Positions 29,270-41,014 of a stretch of 64,000 bases of DNA are shown piece after piece. Where the stretch lies: the IMG/VR virus record IMGVR_UViG_2923073944_000003, positions 1-64,000 of that record. One strand, 5' to 3'. A model generated the notes under the pieces. That model searched no databases. It was not told the origin of the DNA and saw nothing but the letters and a program-made list of their open reading frames with translations. This DNA comes from an uncultured virus (IMG/VR IMGVR_UViG_2923073944_000003) (taxonomy: Duplodnaviria; Heunggongvirae; Uroviricota; Caudoviricetes). Positions within the stretch are counted from its first letter, which is position 1, and every line of letters begins with the position of its first letter. Both the position numbers and the translations under genes were made by a program.

Positions 29270-32200
29270 CTATGCCTCAGCTCTTTTGGTTGTTAGGCTG
29301 ATATTCCCTTTCCTATCAACATGATCAATTCTACAGACCGTGTGGCTATAGATGCTGTTCTTATATACTTTAGGAATAAAGTTGTTGCCTCTTCTGAAAC
29401 CAGTGAACATGAGCAAAGTTCCTCTGGTATACCAAGACTTCTCAACAACCTCTTTCTTGCCGCCGGCAACAGGTCGAGAAATCTGTTTATTATAATGTCC
29501 AAAGCTGCCAGCCCACTGTTTAACTGTAACCACTCCTGTAGGTGTAAGGAGTGTGATGGTGTGCTTGTTTTTATCCCTGTCTAATACGGTTCCTATAATT
29601 CGAGTCGTTTCATATTCATACAGAGTTTTTCCTCGCCATTGATATGGTTTCCCTTTGATCGGCTCTTCTGGCAACTCATAGAAATCAGCAATATCATACT
29701 TAGCAAAGTTAACACCAGCAAGTTCATGATCGTTATAATAATAACTCAATGAATCCATCTCCCATTTACCAAGAGATCCATCGGCATACTTAGACCACTC
29801 TTTCTTAAGCAAGCAATTGTTAAGTCCACTTAAGGCTTCTTCAGTCGATATCCAGTTTTTGATTTTGGACATTTTACTGTCATATTCTTTTTTAAACAAT
29901 CTTTCTGATACAACAAGTTGACCATTAATCATATCAACGATTCCGCTTTCACTGAAATGTTGATTGTAAAAGTCGGAAGACATATCATCTAATAAGAAAA
30001 GCCTGTCTTTTGGAGATTTCATTGTCTTGTAAACCTTTTTGCTGATGTATTCTTTGAAACGGAAGAATCTAATTTCTAAAGCATATTCCTGGGGAACAAT
30101 ATTGTTTTCGATTAGCATTTTTAAATTCGATAAAGTCAGTTTGGTTTTAGGCTCAGATATCAAACTAATAAAAGATTTCATTATTTTTTGTCTATCACCA
30201 AAAGAATCAAAACAACCACCTTTTATTAGTTGGATCATCTGTCCTTTTTTAAGGATGCTACTTTTGAACATTCTTTCGATGAAGTCGTCAAAGTCACTGT
30301 ATGGCCTATTTACAATTATTTGATGAACAACATCGTCACCAATTCCATTCATTCCTTTTAATCCAAATATAATAGAGTTACTTTCCGTATCTGCTTTAAA
30401 ACCAAAATTTGCGCTATTGATATCAGGTAAATCAACTTTAATTCCTCTTTTTCTGATATTCCCTATAGCTGCAGCCACTTTCCCATAGTTTGTGGCGGCT
30501 GATTTTTTGGTGGACTGATCTTCTTCGCTCTCAATTCCACCACTGTTGACCGTTAAACAAGCTGTGCTCCAATACAATGGGTTGTACTTATAGTTAAGGT
30601 TCAATTCTTGAAGAGCAATAATAGAATATGCAAGAGTATGCAGGCTGCTGAACGAGTATCCGAATTGTCTTTTAAATTGTACTTCCCAGACATATTTTAA
30701 AAGGTTTTCAGATGTTCCCAAGCTTCGCCCTTTCTCAAAAAACATTGTCTTTATTGCATCAATCATTTTTTTGATTTTTTTGGCTATCCCTTTTCTTAGC
30801 TTATTAGATTCTTCAATGGTAAACCCAGCAATTTCTTTGTCCATGGATAGCATCATAACTGATTCCTGTGTATCTGCGATCCCGTATAGACCTTCTTCTG
30901 GTTTATATAGATGTTTTTTAAGTACATCCATTTCTTCTGAACTTAAATTGTAATTTCTCATTTCTTGATACCAGTGGTCGATGTCTTTTTTAAATCTTAC
31001 ATATGTATCTACAGGCTGTTCTTCCCCTTCTGACATCAGTCTCATTAAAGAATTTGTTACGGCTGTTTCCAATAAGTTTTTCGGCTTAACTTTAACAACG
31101 GATTGGTTGCCCACTTCTGTATCAAACTGAAACAAATCCATTATTTCTCCTTCGCCAGCCATTTCCCATATTCTCTTAGAGTTATACTCCAAAGTATCTG
31201 GATGCAAATACTTAGTATAAGTTCTTTTTAAAGTTCCTTGGGACTCTATTTGATTGTCTTCGATAAGCTGGTCTAAGGCTACTCGAATTTTATCTAATCC
31301 CTCAATAGTCAACAGATCATACTTAACTGAACCCATTGCTTCACTGTCGCCCATATTGAACTGTGTGATATATGCTCCTTTTGGTGTCCTCATCATTGCG
31401 TTTGATTTGGTGTATTCATCATTGAATATTAGGACGCCGGCTGCATGAGAAGATCGTTTGTTAGTTAAACCTTCAATTTTCAGACAGGTTTCTTTCAGAT
31501 TGGGATATCCCTCGACCTCTCTAATAAATTCCTTGATAGGCTTTCTACCTAATTTTTCATTGCCAAAGAAGCAATCGGAGAGAGTCCAGTTTGCTCCCCT
31601 TTCAAATGGAATCATTCCACTTAAATATTGAGAGATATCATTATCAATTCCTAAGCCTCTGCAAGCAGTTTGAAGTGCGGATTTAGATTTCTCAGTTCCA
31701 AAAGTGCAAATCTGCAGTACTCTTTTTTCTCCAAACTTGTCCCTTAATGCTTTTAAGATTCTTGGACGCTTAGATCCTTCAGTATCAATATCGATATCCG
31801 GCAAATCTGGTCTCGATTTATGTATGTGACGCCAATGAGGAAGGTTGTACTGCATTGGGTTAATTTGCGTAATGTCTAACAAGTAATTTACTAAAAAACC
31901 TGCTGCGCTCCCCCTTGCTGCTCCAACTAAGCTGTCTCCTCCACACTCATCATCCCAAATTGTATTGATGATTTCCCGGACAGTAACATAATAAGATGAC
32001 ATGGCCTGTTTTAGCTTCTCACTAATTTCCCAAAGCTCACCCAATTCCAGATCAATCCGTTTTAAAATTGAGTGCAATTCTTTTTTAGACATATCCTTTT
32101 TCATTAGCTTTGCCTTAAAACCATCTTCAATTAGCTTTAACAAATACCTGTCCTGTTCTTCATCAGATTCCGCCATTAATTTTATATATTTATATTTCTC

Positions 32201-33199
32201 ATATGCCGGCTTGAACAAATGGGATAATTCAAACTCAGGTAAAGCCATTTTTGGAATAATTGGTTCGTGCTCAATAGTATAATCTTCAATCATCTCTCCA
32301 ATTAGCAATGTGTTTTCAATAGCCTCATTGATGAGCTCTTCGTCCATGTAGTCCATTCTCTCATGAATTTCATCAACGTTCTGAACAAAACATGCTTCAT
32401 AAAAAGAATCGACTTCTCTCTCTCCATCCTTGGCGTTTAAAAAGGCTTGATGAATTGCCCTGTCTTCCGGTCTAAGAAAGTGTGCATCGGTTGTGACAAT
32501 CACTTTTAATCCATAGCCGTTAGCTATATCAACAAGTTTCTTATTACAATAAATTTGCTCTTCACTTAAAGCTGGCTGAAGCTCAATAAAGAACTTATCT
32601 TTCCCAAAGACTTTAATACACCATGTTAAAAACTCATGAATTTTTAATTTGTGCTGCTTGATTGACTGAATGTCTCCGTTTTCTTCGCATTCTTTGATTC
32701 TGAGTAAATTGATATTCACCTCGGAGCCAAGACAAGCTGTTGTAGCAATAATATGACCTGGATCTTTGCTAAGCAGTCCTTCTACATTCTTTTTAACTGT
32801 TGGCACTCTTTCCATTGTTCCTGTGTAAAATGAATTTCCCCAGGCTTGTGAAGACAGTATTCTTAGCTGCTCATGTCCTATAGGGTCAATTGCTAACATT
32901 AAAAAGTGCGGAAACTTTGTCTGTCCTGACCTATAGTTATCGCGGACTTCTTCTAGTGAATCGACTAAATATACTTCATTCCCAAGTAAGAGTTTAAAAT
33001 CTGCAGGCATATCCCCTTCCTTCTTCATTTCTCTGACAGTCTTAATTGCTTCCAAATGTGCTGAAAGAACCTCATGGTCAGTTATGGCCAATCCTTTATA
33101 ATTCATCTGAACCGCTGTTTTAAGCAATTCTCCTACTGAATTTGTTGAATCGAGAAGCCTTATGTTACTTTTATCAGTGTGACAGTGGCATCCAATCAA
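29270..33199 (-). CDS. yorL: DNA polymerase III alpha (DnaE type)
   Basis: PHP domain HCHT/ITDH, RGSAAG, PDIDID. Confidence 0.95.
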   Translation of the reverse strand: MIGCHCHTDKSNIRLLDSTNSVGELLKTAVQMNYKGLAITDHEVLSAHLEAIKTVREMKKEGDMPADFKLLLGNEVYLVDSLEEVRDNYRSGQTKFPHFLMLAIDPIGHEQLRILSSQAWGNSFYTGTMERVPTVKKNVEGLLSKDPGHIIATTACLGSEVNINLLRIKECEENGDIQSIKQHKLKIHEFLTWCIKVFGKDKFFIELQPALSEEQIYCNKKLVDIANGYGLKVIVTTDAHFLRPEDRAIHQAFLNAKDGEREVDSFYEACFVQNVDEIHERMDYMDEELINEAIENTLLIGEMIEDYTIEHEPIIPKMALPEFELSHLFKPAYEKYKYIKLMAESDEEQDRYLLKLIEDGFKAKLMKKDMSKKELHSILKRIDLELGELWEISEKLKQAMSSYYVTVREIINTIWDDECGGDSLVGAARGSAAGFLVNYLLDITQINPMQYNLPHWRHIHKSRPDLPDIDIDTEGSKRPRILKALRDKFGEKRVLQICTFGTEKSKSALQTACRGLGIDNDISQYLSGMIPFERGANWTLSDCFFGNEKLGRKPIKEFIREVEGYPNLKETCLKIEGLTNKRSSHAAGVLIFNDEYTKSNAMMRTPKGAYITQFNMGDSEAMGSVKYDLLTIEGLDKIRVALDQLIEDNQIESQGTLKRTYTKYLHPDTLEYNSKRIWEMAGEGEIMDLFQFDTEVGNQSVVKVKPKNLLETAVTNSLMRLMSEGEEQPVDTYVRFKKDIDHWYQEMRNYNLSSEEMDVLKKHLYKPEEGLYGIADTQESVMMLSMDKEIAGFTIEESNKLRKGIAKKIKKMIDAIKTMFFEKGRSLGTSENLLKYVWEVQFKRQFGYSFSSLHTLAYSIIALQELNLNYKYNPLYWSTACLTVNSGGIESEEDQSTKKSAATNYGKVAAAIGNIRKRGIKVDLPDINSANFGFKADTESNSIIFGLKGMNGIGDDVVHQIIVNRPYSDFDDFIERMFKSSILKKGQMIQLIKGGCFDSFGDRQKIMKSFISLISEPKTKLTLSNLKMLIENNIVPQEYALEIRFFRFKEYISKKVYKTMKSPKDRLFLLDDMSSDFYNQHFSESGIVDMINGQLVVSERLFKKEYDSKMSKIKNWISTEEALSGLNNCLLKKEWSKYADGSLGKWEMDSLSYYYNDHELAGVNFAKYDIADFYELPEEPIKGKPYQWRGKTLYEYETTRIIGTVLDRDKNKHTITLLTPTGVVTVKQWAGSFGHYNKQISRPVAGGKKEVVEKSWYTRGTLLMFTGFRRGNNFIPKVYKNSIYSHTVCRIDHVDRKGNISLTTKRAEA

Positions 33200-33211
33200 T
33201 TTTCATCCCCC

Positions 33212-34939
33212 TTAAAACACAAGCTCTTTTTTCTTTGTGCGAACCACCTCCAAGTCATAAATTTCAATTTGAGGTGTTTGTCTGCCCTTATATTCATTTA
33301 CCCTTGCCTTACCAACAACATTAAGTATTAAAGTTCCATTTGATTGAGTAAGTTTCTCAAAGTATTCTGTATCGCTTTTAAAGCGTATGTATTCAATATC
33401 TCCATGTTTAAACTTGACTGTTGTCTTGTTCTTTTTCCCGATGTGTTCAATTTGATCAACATCAACTTCTAGTTCTGTTATTGCTACCAATGGTTCTTCG
33501 ACCTTATAGCCCCAATAATCTTTACAGCTATACAGCTTAATTAAAAATTCCTTTCTAAGTTGATTAGCCGGTATCTCAAAGTCAACATTTTGAACTTCTT
33601 CACCTGTCTCTGCATCTTTAAATTTTTCATTTAGAACTTCATTAACCAAAATCAAGTTTTCACGCTTGATTGCAAATCCGGCTGCATTTGGATGGCCTTC
33701 AACAAATTCAAACAGCCCTGTATCTGTTAGCTCTTTTTTAAAGTCTTTGATGTAGCCAGTCTCATACCCTCGAATAGACCCGCTCAACACCCCTTCTTCT
33801 TCATCACTTTTTCTAGCCAGCAAAACTGGCTTTTTATATTCACCTGCAAGTACATTTGCTACTAGCCCAGTCAAGCTTTTATCCAAAATCCTCTCAGTGT
33901 AGACTATAAGCACTTTATTAGCTGCCAAATTCTTTTCTTCAATTCTGTTTTTAATTTCAACAGTAGCTGCATCAACAATGCGTTTCTGTTTAGCTTTAAG
34001 GTTCCCCAATACCCTAACTGTGTCATCGTGAATTGAGACCAGGTTGATTTCATCTTGTCCACGTTTTTTGTATGGAACTTTTTCTTTAGACAACAGAAAC
34101 GATCTCAACAATTGATCTTTTTCTTCACCGCTACCGACCCTTATAGCTGCGTTAATTAATGGATTAATATAGAACTGTGTATTCTGTATGTTTTGGCAAC
34201 CCTTAGTTGAAAACTCTTGCTTTTTAAACAGCTTCTTGATTAACGGGTGTCTAATGTTCTTCAAGCCTTCATTCATAAAGTACCTGGTCTCTAAATTTCT
34301 TGAATCAGCTGAATCGGCTATGTTACCAATAGAAACAAGATCCAAAAATTGTTCCGCTTTGGTTTTACCAAGCTTATAATCAATGGCCTGGCAAAGCTTA
34401 TATGCCATACCAGCACCCGTTAATGTTTTGTTTGAATACTCATTTGAGAGTTGATTATTGACCACTATAGCGTGCTCAGATTCTTTTTCACACTCATGAT
34501 GGTCAATAACAATTACTTCTACGCCATTCTTTTTTAGCTCCTCATGCTCATCAAATTGACTTGATCCAGCATCCGGAATTAAAACTAAGTCGACATCTTC
34601 AGGAATTGTATCAATGAAAATACCGTGCTCTTTACCTTCATGAATTCGGTATCGTATATCAGCTTTCGGATAAATTGCTTTTATGTAATTGATAATGATT
34701 GAACTGGATGTGTACCCATCTACGTCGCTATCCACTTGGACAAATATTTTATTTTTATTCTCTAAATGCTTTATTAAACAATCAACAGCTTTATCAATGT
34801 TATTTAGTTTTGAAAAATGAATTACTGCACTTTGATTCACATCAATAAAGCTCTTCGGATTTTCCATCCCTCTGTTTTTTAAGATTGTTAATAATGGGTT
34901 GAAATTATAATCATTGTTACCAATGAGCTTATAAGCCAC
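33212..34939 (-). CDS. yorK: RecJ-like DHH exonuclease
   Basis: DSDVDG, IDHH, GHPNAAG. Confidence 0.92.
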   Translation of the reverse strand: MAYKLIGNNDYNFNPLLTILKNRGMENPKSFIDVNQSAVIHFSKLNNIDKAVDCLIKHLENKNKIFVQVDSDVDGYTSSSIIINYIKAIYPKADIRYRIHEGKEHGIFIDTIPEDVDLVLIPDAGSSQFDEHEELKKNGVEVIVIDHHECEKESEHAIVVNNQLSNEYSNKTLTGAGMAYKLCQAIDYKLGKTKAEQFLDLVSIGNIADSADSRNLETRYFMNEGLKNIRHPLIKKLFKKQEFSTKGCQNIQNTQFYINPLINAAIRVGSGEEKDQLLRSFLLSKEKVPYKKRGQDEINLVSIHDDTVRVLGNLKAKQKRIVDAATVEIKNRIEEKNLAANKVLIVYTERILDKSLTGLVANVLAGEYKKPVLLARKSDEEEGVLSGSIRGYETGYIKDFKKELTDTGLFEFVEGHPNAAGFAIKRENLILVNEVLNEKFKDAETGEEVQNVDFEIPANQLRKEFLIKLYSCKDYWGYKVEEPLVAITELEVDVDQIEHIGKKNKTTVKFKHGDIEYIRFKSDTEYFEKLTQSNGTLILNVVGKARVNEYKGRQTPQIEIYDLEVVRTKKKELVF

Positions 34940-36075
34940 TAAATTCCTCCTTCGTTCGTATTGATTTCAATTTTTCTTCTCATCAGCTCCTCTAAAATGT
35001 CTTTTCCTTTATCAGCTGGACTATCTTTACATTCCAACATATTTTCAAAATCCCATAAAACATACACACGAACATACGGCGTGAATTTTGCTGCAAGCTT
35101 CAAGATTTTTTTCTGATACTCTAGCAGTTTACGTTGATACATCTCCTCTGTCTCATGTTCTTTCGGTGGTCTATATTTATCTAGAGCAATAAAAACTTCT
35201 TCCACTCCAAGAGATAGTAAGATATCACGGTGAAAATTTGAAATGTTGTTTGAACAGACTGCACACGTGAAATTTGCTTCTCCATAAAAATCCTGGCATT
35301 TTAACACAGACTTTTCTGATTCAAAAATTAAAGCTTTTTTAAACCTTTCAATAGAATCTTTTGTTTTATGTAATCCATATAGATTCATCATGGTCTGATG
35401 ATTATACAAGGTGTTTCCAACTTTTAAAGGCATATATTTATAACCGGCATCAACTTCCTCTTTAATAAGTGATCGTCTACGTATGCCAATCAATCTATTA
35501 TTTAAATCCCGATGTGGGATGGTTATCCCTTCTGTGTGGGTTCTAAAATAATAGCCAATTTCAAAATCATTTAATGTTTGCATGCTTATTCCCTCTTCCA
35601 ACCACATTTGATGAGGATAAGGCATAAACACATCTAAAACAGTCTCATTGAAACTGGGAAGCTCAATGTCTATTTTTTTCTTCTTATTGAACTTCCCTAT
35701 CCATTCCCAGTCATCAATTAATTCATTGTTCGTGAATGTCTCTCTATTACCAAAGCCAAATGTTCTCCCAGCTATCCTTGCAACATACTCAATGGCTTGA
35801 TTAAAAGATATATTGATCCCTTTTTGACTTTTTGCTCGTATAACAAGCTCAAAGACATCGAATGTGTCTCCACATTCTGTATAGCAATGAAATTGCTTTG
35901 CTTCGTGATAATAATACAGCTTGTAGCTTCCCCCAGAAGCGTTATGGCAAACGGTTTTGTATATTGGGTTTCCTTGTTGATCCCATTGATTATTTTCGCT
36001 ACCCAGTTCTTTTAATATTTTATTTATATTTTCAAGCGTAAGACTTTCTTTTATTTTGTCCTTATCATATTTCAA
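34939..36075 (-). CDS. yorJ: DNA primase
   Basis: Zn-binding CH...CYTEC; TOPRIM-like C-terminus. Confidence 0.85.
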   Translation of the reverse strand: MKYDKDKIKESLTLENINKILKELGSENNQWDQQGNPIYKTVCHNASGGSYKLYYYHEAKQFHCYTECGDTFDVFELVIRAKSQKGINISFNQAIEYVARIAGRTFGFGNRETFTNNELIDDWEWIGKFNKKKKIDIELPSFNETVLDVFMPYPHQMWLEEGISMQTLNDFEIGYYFRTHTEGITIPHRDLNNRLIGIRRRSLIKEEVDAGYKYMPLKVGNTLYNHQTMMNLYGLHKTKDSIERFKKALIFESEKSVLKCQDFYGEANFTCAVCSNNISNFHRDILLSLGVEEVFIALDKYRPPKEHETEEMYQRKLLEYQKKILKLAAKFTPYVRVYVLWDFENMLECKDSPADKGKDILEELMRRKIEINTNEGGI

Positions 36076-36090
36076 AGGGTGCTACACCCC

Positions 36091-37605
36091 TTATCCTGCT
36101 TTAATATTCAATTTTTCAACTGTAATTAATTCGTTATCGAGATTTGTTGTGAAACAATCCTTGATCCGCATATTTCCCATATTTATATGGGAGAAGACTT
36201 TTACTTTGTCGTACTCATTTCCCCTGTTTTTAAACACGTGTGTAACAAAATTTGGCTCTGGGTAAAATCCTGCTTTTAAGATTGGCTCAATTGCATCGTT
36301 CTCTTTTTTACTTAAAGGAAGAATAATCATTGCACCATCAGTCTTATCGGCAATAGCTTTACTTCCTCTCAGGTAAGATGCGTCTATTACTTGTCCTTTT
36401 TGCCATGCCTCTTTCCAATCACCATTTAACTGAGTAGCGCTCATCATATAAACATCGTATTTGTTACATAAACCCTTTAACTTATCAGACATAAGCAAAA
36501 GGATTTGATCCTCTCTTAGGTTGACCCCGCTTTTTTTACTCATCTCCGAAAAAATTGTCACTGATGAGTGAATATAATCAAAGTAAATGTACTCAACATT
36601 ATTTTTAATTACATTCTTTTCAATCGTTCTCTCGATCTCTTGGATATTGAAATCAGGAAGATGCTCGAACCAAATATTAGACTGCTGAAGTACTTTAGCA
36701 GCTTTGCGCACAAGTTGTTTTTCTTGCTCATTGATCGTATTTCTAAGTATTTTTTTCTCTTCTACGCCACTAATATAGGCAAGTGCCAAGCTTTGCAATT
36801 CCTCTGCCATCATTTCCGTTGAGATGACCGTGGAACTTTTATCCCAAGGATTTTTCACCCATTCCTTCTTTTTAAGGTCGTACAACTCAGTTGCACTTAA
36901 TCGACAAGCATCAGCAACCATATTTCTTGTTTTACCTCCGCCAGTAATACTTGAACGAATGTAAAACTTTTTCTTACGAGACCCACGGAAAATTGAAGTA
37001 AGCATTTCGCTATTTAGTGGCACTCCAATATCTGGCGACTCCTCAAAAGAATCTAATAACTCATCAATGCCTTCCCCACCTTGAATTCCCACACTTTCAG
37101 ATGAGGTTCGAAACTTCTCTTTTACATCTACAATCTTCATTTCATAAGCTGCTAGAATTTCGTCAATCGATTTCTTATCAAACTGTTCTTGCATTTTTTC
37201 TTGTTCTTTTGGATCAATTATAGTTTCATCATAAATCTCCTTGATATCGAAACCTAAGCCGCTCATTTCTCTGAGCAAACTAAACTTTTTTAGTCTTTTG
37301 TAGTGGTAATCAAAGTTTTCGACTACAGCCAGATCTTGAATTCTCTCGATGTATTCAAGGCCATTGTTATCATGAAAAATCTTATATTGAATGTCGTAAT
37401 CTTTTAGATATCCATCTATCTCAACCTCATTCAATACTTCCGTCCCTTGCTGGAATAAGTTACTCATAGCAAAAAACAGTATTGAGTGAAATCTTGAAGG
37501 GAAATCATCCGAAGTAATCCTATACTTGTTGCTTTCAGACAAGATTGTGGGATCCTTGAGTATGCTTCCTAAAACCTGAATAATTGCTTTTTTGTCTTGT
37601 AGCAA
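36091..37605 (-). CDS. yorI: DnaB-like helicase
   Basis: GGGKT, STEM, FDYI, ATQLN. Confidence 0.9.
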   Translation of the reverse strand: MLQDKKAIIQVLGSILKDPTILSESNKYRITSDDFPSRFHSILFFAMSNLFQQGTEVLNEVEIDGYLKDYDIQYKIFHDNNGLEYIERIQDLAVVENFDYHYKRLKKFSLLREMSGLGFDIKEIYDETIIDPKEQEKMQEQFDKKSIDEILAAYEMKIVDVKEKFRTSSESVGIQGGEGIDELLDSFEESPDIGVPLNSEMLTSIFRGSRKKKFYIRSSITGGGKTRNMVADACRLSATELYDLKKKEWVKNPWDKSSTVISTEMMAEELQSLALAYISGVEEKKILRNTINEQEKQLVRKAAKVLQQSNIWFEHLPDFNIQEIERTIEKNVIKNNVEYIYFDYIHSSVTIFSEMSKKSGVNLREDQILLLMSDKLKGLCNKYDVYMMSATQLNGDWKEAWQKGQVIDASYLRGSKAIADKTDGAMIILPLSKKENDAIEPILKAGFYPEPNFVTHVFKNRGNEYDKVKVFSHINMGNMRIKDCFTTNLDNELITVEKLNIKAG

Positions 37606-37619
37606 ATGGACTCTCCTTC

Positions 37620-38090
37620 CTATAGTGTTGAGATGTCAACAAGTCCTCTTTTCTTCCTCAATCCCTTTTTTATAATTAATGTGATTTCTTCTCTTTTGTG
37701 ATTCTTAGGGTCTTCAGCTGATTTTTGGATTGCCTTTTGTTTTATGTAATGGCGCTTAGCCTCGTCATATACAAAAGGGACGATTCCAATGCCGTCTCCT
37801 TCTCTTGGGTGATTCTCTAGTGTTTCATAAAAGTACTTAAGTGCAAGCTCAATTCCTTTTAGCTTATAACCATAATCCTCTTGAAACTCCTTGATCTGTT
37901 TTAACATCATACCGGTCGGAGATGTAAGGCCATATAAATTGCATATGTATTGAAGTAACTCTTTTCGGTGGTCTGATTCTTGCTTCCACGTGTTAAAACA
38001 CTGTTCATGATAATATCTTTTTTTATAAGGAATCGCTAAATCTTTATCTAATTTAGTCTCACAATATGGACATTTAACTTGTCTACCCAA
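37620..38090 (-). CDS. yorH: Zn-finger replication protein
   Basis: CPYC...HEQC; synteny. Confidence 0.75.
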   Translation of the reverse strand: MGRQVKCPYCETKLDKDLAIPYKKRYYHEQCFNTWKQESDHRKELLQYICNLYGLTSPTGMMLKQIKEFQEDYGYKLKGIELALKYFYETLENHPREGDGIGIVPFVYDEAKRHYIKQKAIQKSAEDPKNHKREEITLIIKKGLRKKRGLVDISTL

Positions 38091-38131
38091 TTAATCACCC
38101 CTAAAAAGGAGGAGGGAATAATCCCTCCTGT

Positions 38132-39103
38132 TTATTTAGTGAGAAGATCCTTTAAGTCATCCAAGATTACAGACATAACGTTTACTTGTTTGCGGCTGCA
38201 TTCAGTCACTTTTACTCCCTTGCCTAAATGTTTCTCTGTAATCTGATTAACCTCTTCCAGTCGTCCTTCTTCATTGAGCTTAATTCCAACTTCTTTAATT
38301 TGCTCCATCAATGAGTCGTAATCAAGCACTTCTGAAGAATTATTTTGTTTTTGCTCTTCATATGTAACGGCAACAATACCTTCTGCTTCTTCCTGTCTTT
38401 CAACTGCTTCGATAATGGCCTTCTCCAGGTTCTCTGCAGTGAATTCAGGAAGGTATGTGTCAATGTAATCGAATCGGCTCCGTGCAAAATGCTCAGCTGT
38501 TTCAGCCAACCAGGCGCTTGATTTGATAACCTTTCTATCTTCATCAACACCATTAGAACTTAGATAAAGTACAATATCACTGTTATCAATAACAGGGGCC
38601 AAGACACGTTTATCACCTTTAGGATAAACTTTTCCTTTTTTGTCCTCTGCAGCATGAGCAATAAAGATTACGGTAAACCCTACCCCAATCAGTTTATTAA
38701 TTTCTTCCCATACTTCTGTTTCATACTCTTTCCAAAGACCAAACCCATCATTTCCATCTTTAATCCGTTCTACATCATATTGTTCGCAAACATATCTAGT
38801 TGCATATTTAGCAAATGCATCTACTTCATCAACAATAATTGTCTGATACGTTTCTTTTGCCTTTTCTGCATTTTTGGTTAATTGTTTATTAACCTTCTTA
38901 AAATCCGCCCAGCTATTAATAGCCATAAATTTAACGCCTGCGATGGCATTCAAACCTTTTTCAAATGGCAAGTATAATGGCTTCTTCATTCGTGTGCTTT
39001 GTTTTGTCTTACCCAAGTTATTAGAACCATAGATAGTAATAACTTTTCCTTCTAAACCTTTTGCGACTACTGAAACTTGAGGGTTGAAAATATCGATTGC
39101 CAT
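38132..39103 (-). CDS. yorG: AAA_24/Sak4-like ATPase
   Basis: GSNNLGKT, IIVDE. Confidence 0.85.
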   Translation of the reverse strand: MAIDIFNPQVSVVAKGLEGKVITIYGSNNLGKTKQSTRMKKPLYLPFEKGLNAIAGVKFMAINSWADFKKVNKQLTKNAEKAKETYQTIIVDEVDAFAKYATRYVCEQYDVERIKDGNDGFGLWKEYETEVWEEINKLIGVGFTVIFIAHAAEDKKGKVYPKGDKRVLAPVIDNSDIVLYLSSNGVDEDRKVIKSSAWLAETAEHFARSRFDYIDTYLPEFTAENLEKAIIEAVERQEEAEGIVAVTYEEQKQNNSSEVLDYDSLMEQIKEVGIKLNEEGRLEEVNQITEKHLGKGVKVTECSRKQVNVMSVILDDLKDLLTK

Positions 39104-39191
39104 TTAAACTCTCCTTTAATTATGATTTGATGGGTGAGTCAAAGCCCACCCCAGCTATGTATTCTCAGGTGAATTATTTTATTTTTATCCA

Positions 39192-40106
39192 TTAAAAAGG
39201 GAGGTCATCATCTGAAATTTCAACCGGCTTTGAAGGCTTGTTATTAGGAGCGCTTCCTCCAAACCCAGACTTTTTATTATTCTCATTGCCACTTTCACTC
39301 TTAAGCTCATCTAGGTAAATCTCTCTTTCAGTCAACGCTTTTTTAATTGCATCTGCATTAAAAGCATTTTTGCTATCCTCGTCATATGGATCATTGCCAC
39401 CTGTAATTAGGTACTCTCTTTTCGAATTAATTGTGATTTCTTTCTTGTCTTCGCCAAATGCTGCTGTTTTGGTCGTTACTTTTTGCTCTTTAAAGTTAAT
39501 AATCTTTCCAAAAACATTAACCGTAGACCCTTTTTCATAATTATTTTCAACGTATTGAGACCCTTCTTTTGTGACTACAAATTCAAACGGAATTACTTTC
39601 CCACCATATAAAGGAATATAACCATTTAAATTAACTCTGCCCGTTTCTTCACCTTTTACTTTTTCTTCGATTACATTCTTTACAAACAACTCAACATCAA
39701 ATTCTGCTCTTGGATTGAATTCTTCATTGGCGTCCAGTCTATTTACAAAGTTAGTCGTTAACTGTGGATATGCCTTTAAAATCCCTTGTGAGTAATATTC
39801 GTTTAATCCAATCTTTCCTTGGGTAATTCTCACTTTATCAGCTTGATCTCTCCCGTGTTCTGCAATGGACTTATAATCACTGATAATAGTTTGATACCCT
39901 TTGGCAATAGCATTATCTGTGCCATCAGCTTTCTTATATTTTGAAAAGCCCTTCACTGTATGTACTTCATTTGGCGCAACCTCAATGTCTAATTCAATAT
40001 TTAACCCCTTGCCGCTTTTCCACTCAGTGTGTCTTACCTCAGCAAGTGTACCCTCAATAGTTACAACATTTGATGCTTCACGTAATACTGTTTTATTTTC
40101 TGCCAT
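39192..40106 (-). CDS. yorF: Single-stranded DNA-binding protein
   Basis: Acidic tail DDDLPF. Confidence 0.8.
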   Translation of the reverse strand: MAENKTVLREASNVVTIEGTLAEVRHTEWKSGKGLNIELDIEVAPNEVHTVKGFSKYKKADGTDNAIAKGYQTIISDYKSIAEHGRDQADKVRITQGKIGLNEYYSQGILKAYPQLTTNFVNRLDANEEFNPRAEFDVELFVKNVIEEKVKGEETGRVNLNGYIPLYGGKVIPFEFVVTKEGSQYVENNYEKGSTVNVFGKIINFKEQKVTTKTAAFGEDKKEITINSKREYLITGGNDPYDEDSKNAFNADAIKKALTEREIYLDELKSESGNENNKKSGFGGSAPNNKPSKPVEISDDDLPF

Positions 40107-40134
40107 TTAAATAATCAACCTCTTTCTTTTTCGT

Positions 40135-40509
40135 TTATATTTTATTTTTACTCTTAAAATGCCTATAATGAGACTTACTACTAAACTTACAATCCTTGAT
40201 ACCCAGTAGCTTGTTTAATTCTATGTATCTCTTTTTTGGAAAGTCCCAAGGTTCAGGATCACCTTTTACATTTTCAATCCTTATTACTGTTCCATGCCGG
40301 ATTGTGATCTTTAAGTTTCCATATGAATATGTTTTAGAAAAAAGACCTCTTCTAATTCCTCTTGGTTTAAATTCCTTAACCAACATTACATTCCTGGTTA
40401 ATTTTCTTCTTGCTTGGTCTTCGTCAATGTTGTAATTCCTTTTTACATCATTTTTGTAGGTATGCAAGGCTTCGGCAGATACTTTCAGTATCTTTAATTC
40501 CTTTTTCAT
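40135..40509 (-). CDS. yorE: Hypothetical protein
   Basis: Synteny. Confidence 0.7.
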   Translation of the reverse strand: MKKELKILKVSAEALHTYKNDVKRNYNIDEDQARRKLTRNVMLVKEFKPRGIRRGLFSKTYSYGNLKITIRHGTVIRIENVKGDPEPWDFPKKRYIELNKLLGIKDCKFSSKSHYRHFKSKNKI

Positions 40510-40542
40510 CTCTTTCCTCCTTTCTCTCTTTGGGATAACTTA

Positions 40543-40593
40543 ATCTTACATCATTAAAATGGCATGGTCAATAACTATTTTATTTTTATTCTG
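40543..40593 (-). promoter_or_regulatory. SPbeta repeated element with sigA promoter of the replication operon
   Basis: AGAATAAAAATAAAATAGTTA-TTGACC-17 nt-TAAGAT. Confidence 0.8.
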
Positions 40594-41014
40594 AAAAGTT
40601 TTAATGAGTATCTTTACAATTGGGGTACAGACTGCATCTGAAGAATGATTTTCTTGTTTCCACCCCCAACAGCGTAATTTTATAAAATCATATCGAGAGT
40701 TAAGAAGCACCTTTGCTTAGGCGCTTCTGTATAACAAACTATCCTATACCCGAAATTCAGCTACGTATCTCTTATCTGATCCTTCATTACCGTAATCAGA
40801 AACTTTTGCAAAGTCCGTTGTGAAAGTTTCATCTGGGTACTCACGGATCATTTTTCTACATAGGTTAGACAAAGCTTCTTGCTTCGTTCTGCCATATTCA
40901 TATACCAACACATTAAACACCCCTTAACATTATAATGAGAGAACCTTTTCCTTCTCATCCTTAATGTACCCACTTAACGATATGACAAATCAAAACAAGT
41001 GAAAATTCATAAAA

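Noticed and set aside
29270..37605. Inteins in DnaE or the helicase
   Set aside because: Lengths are normal and no splice motifs were seen
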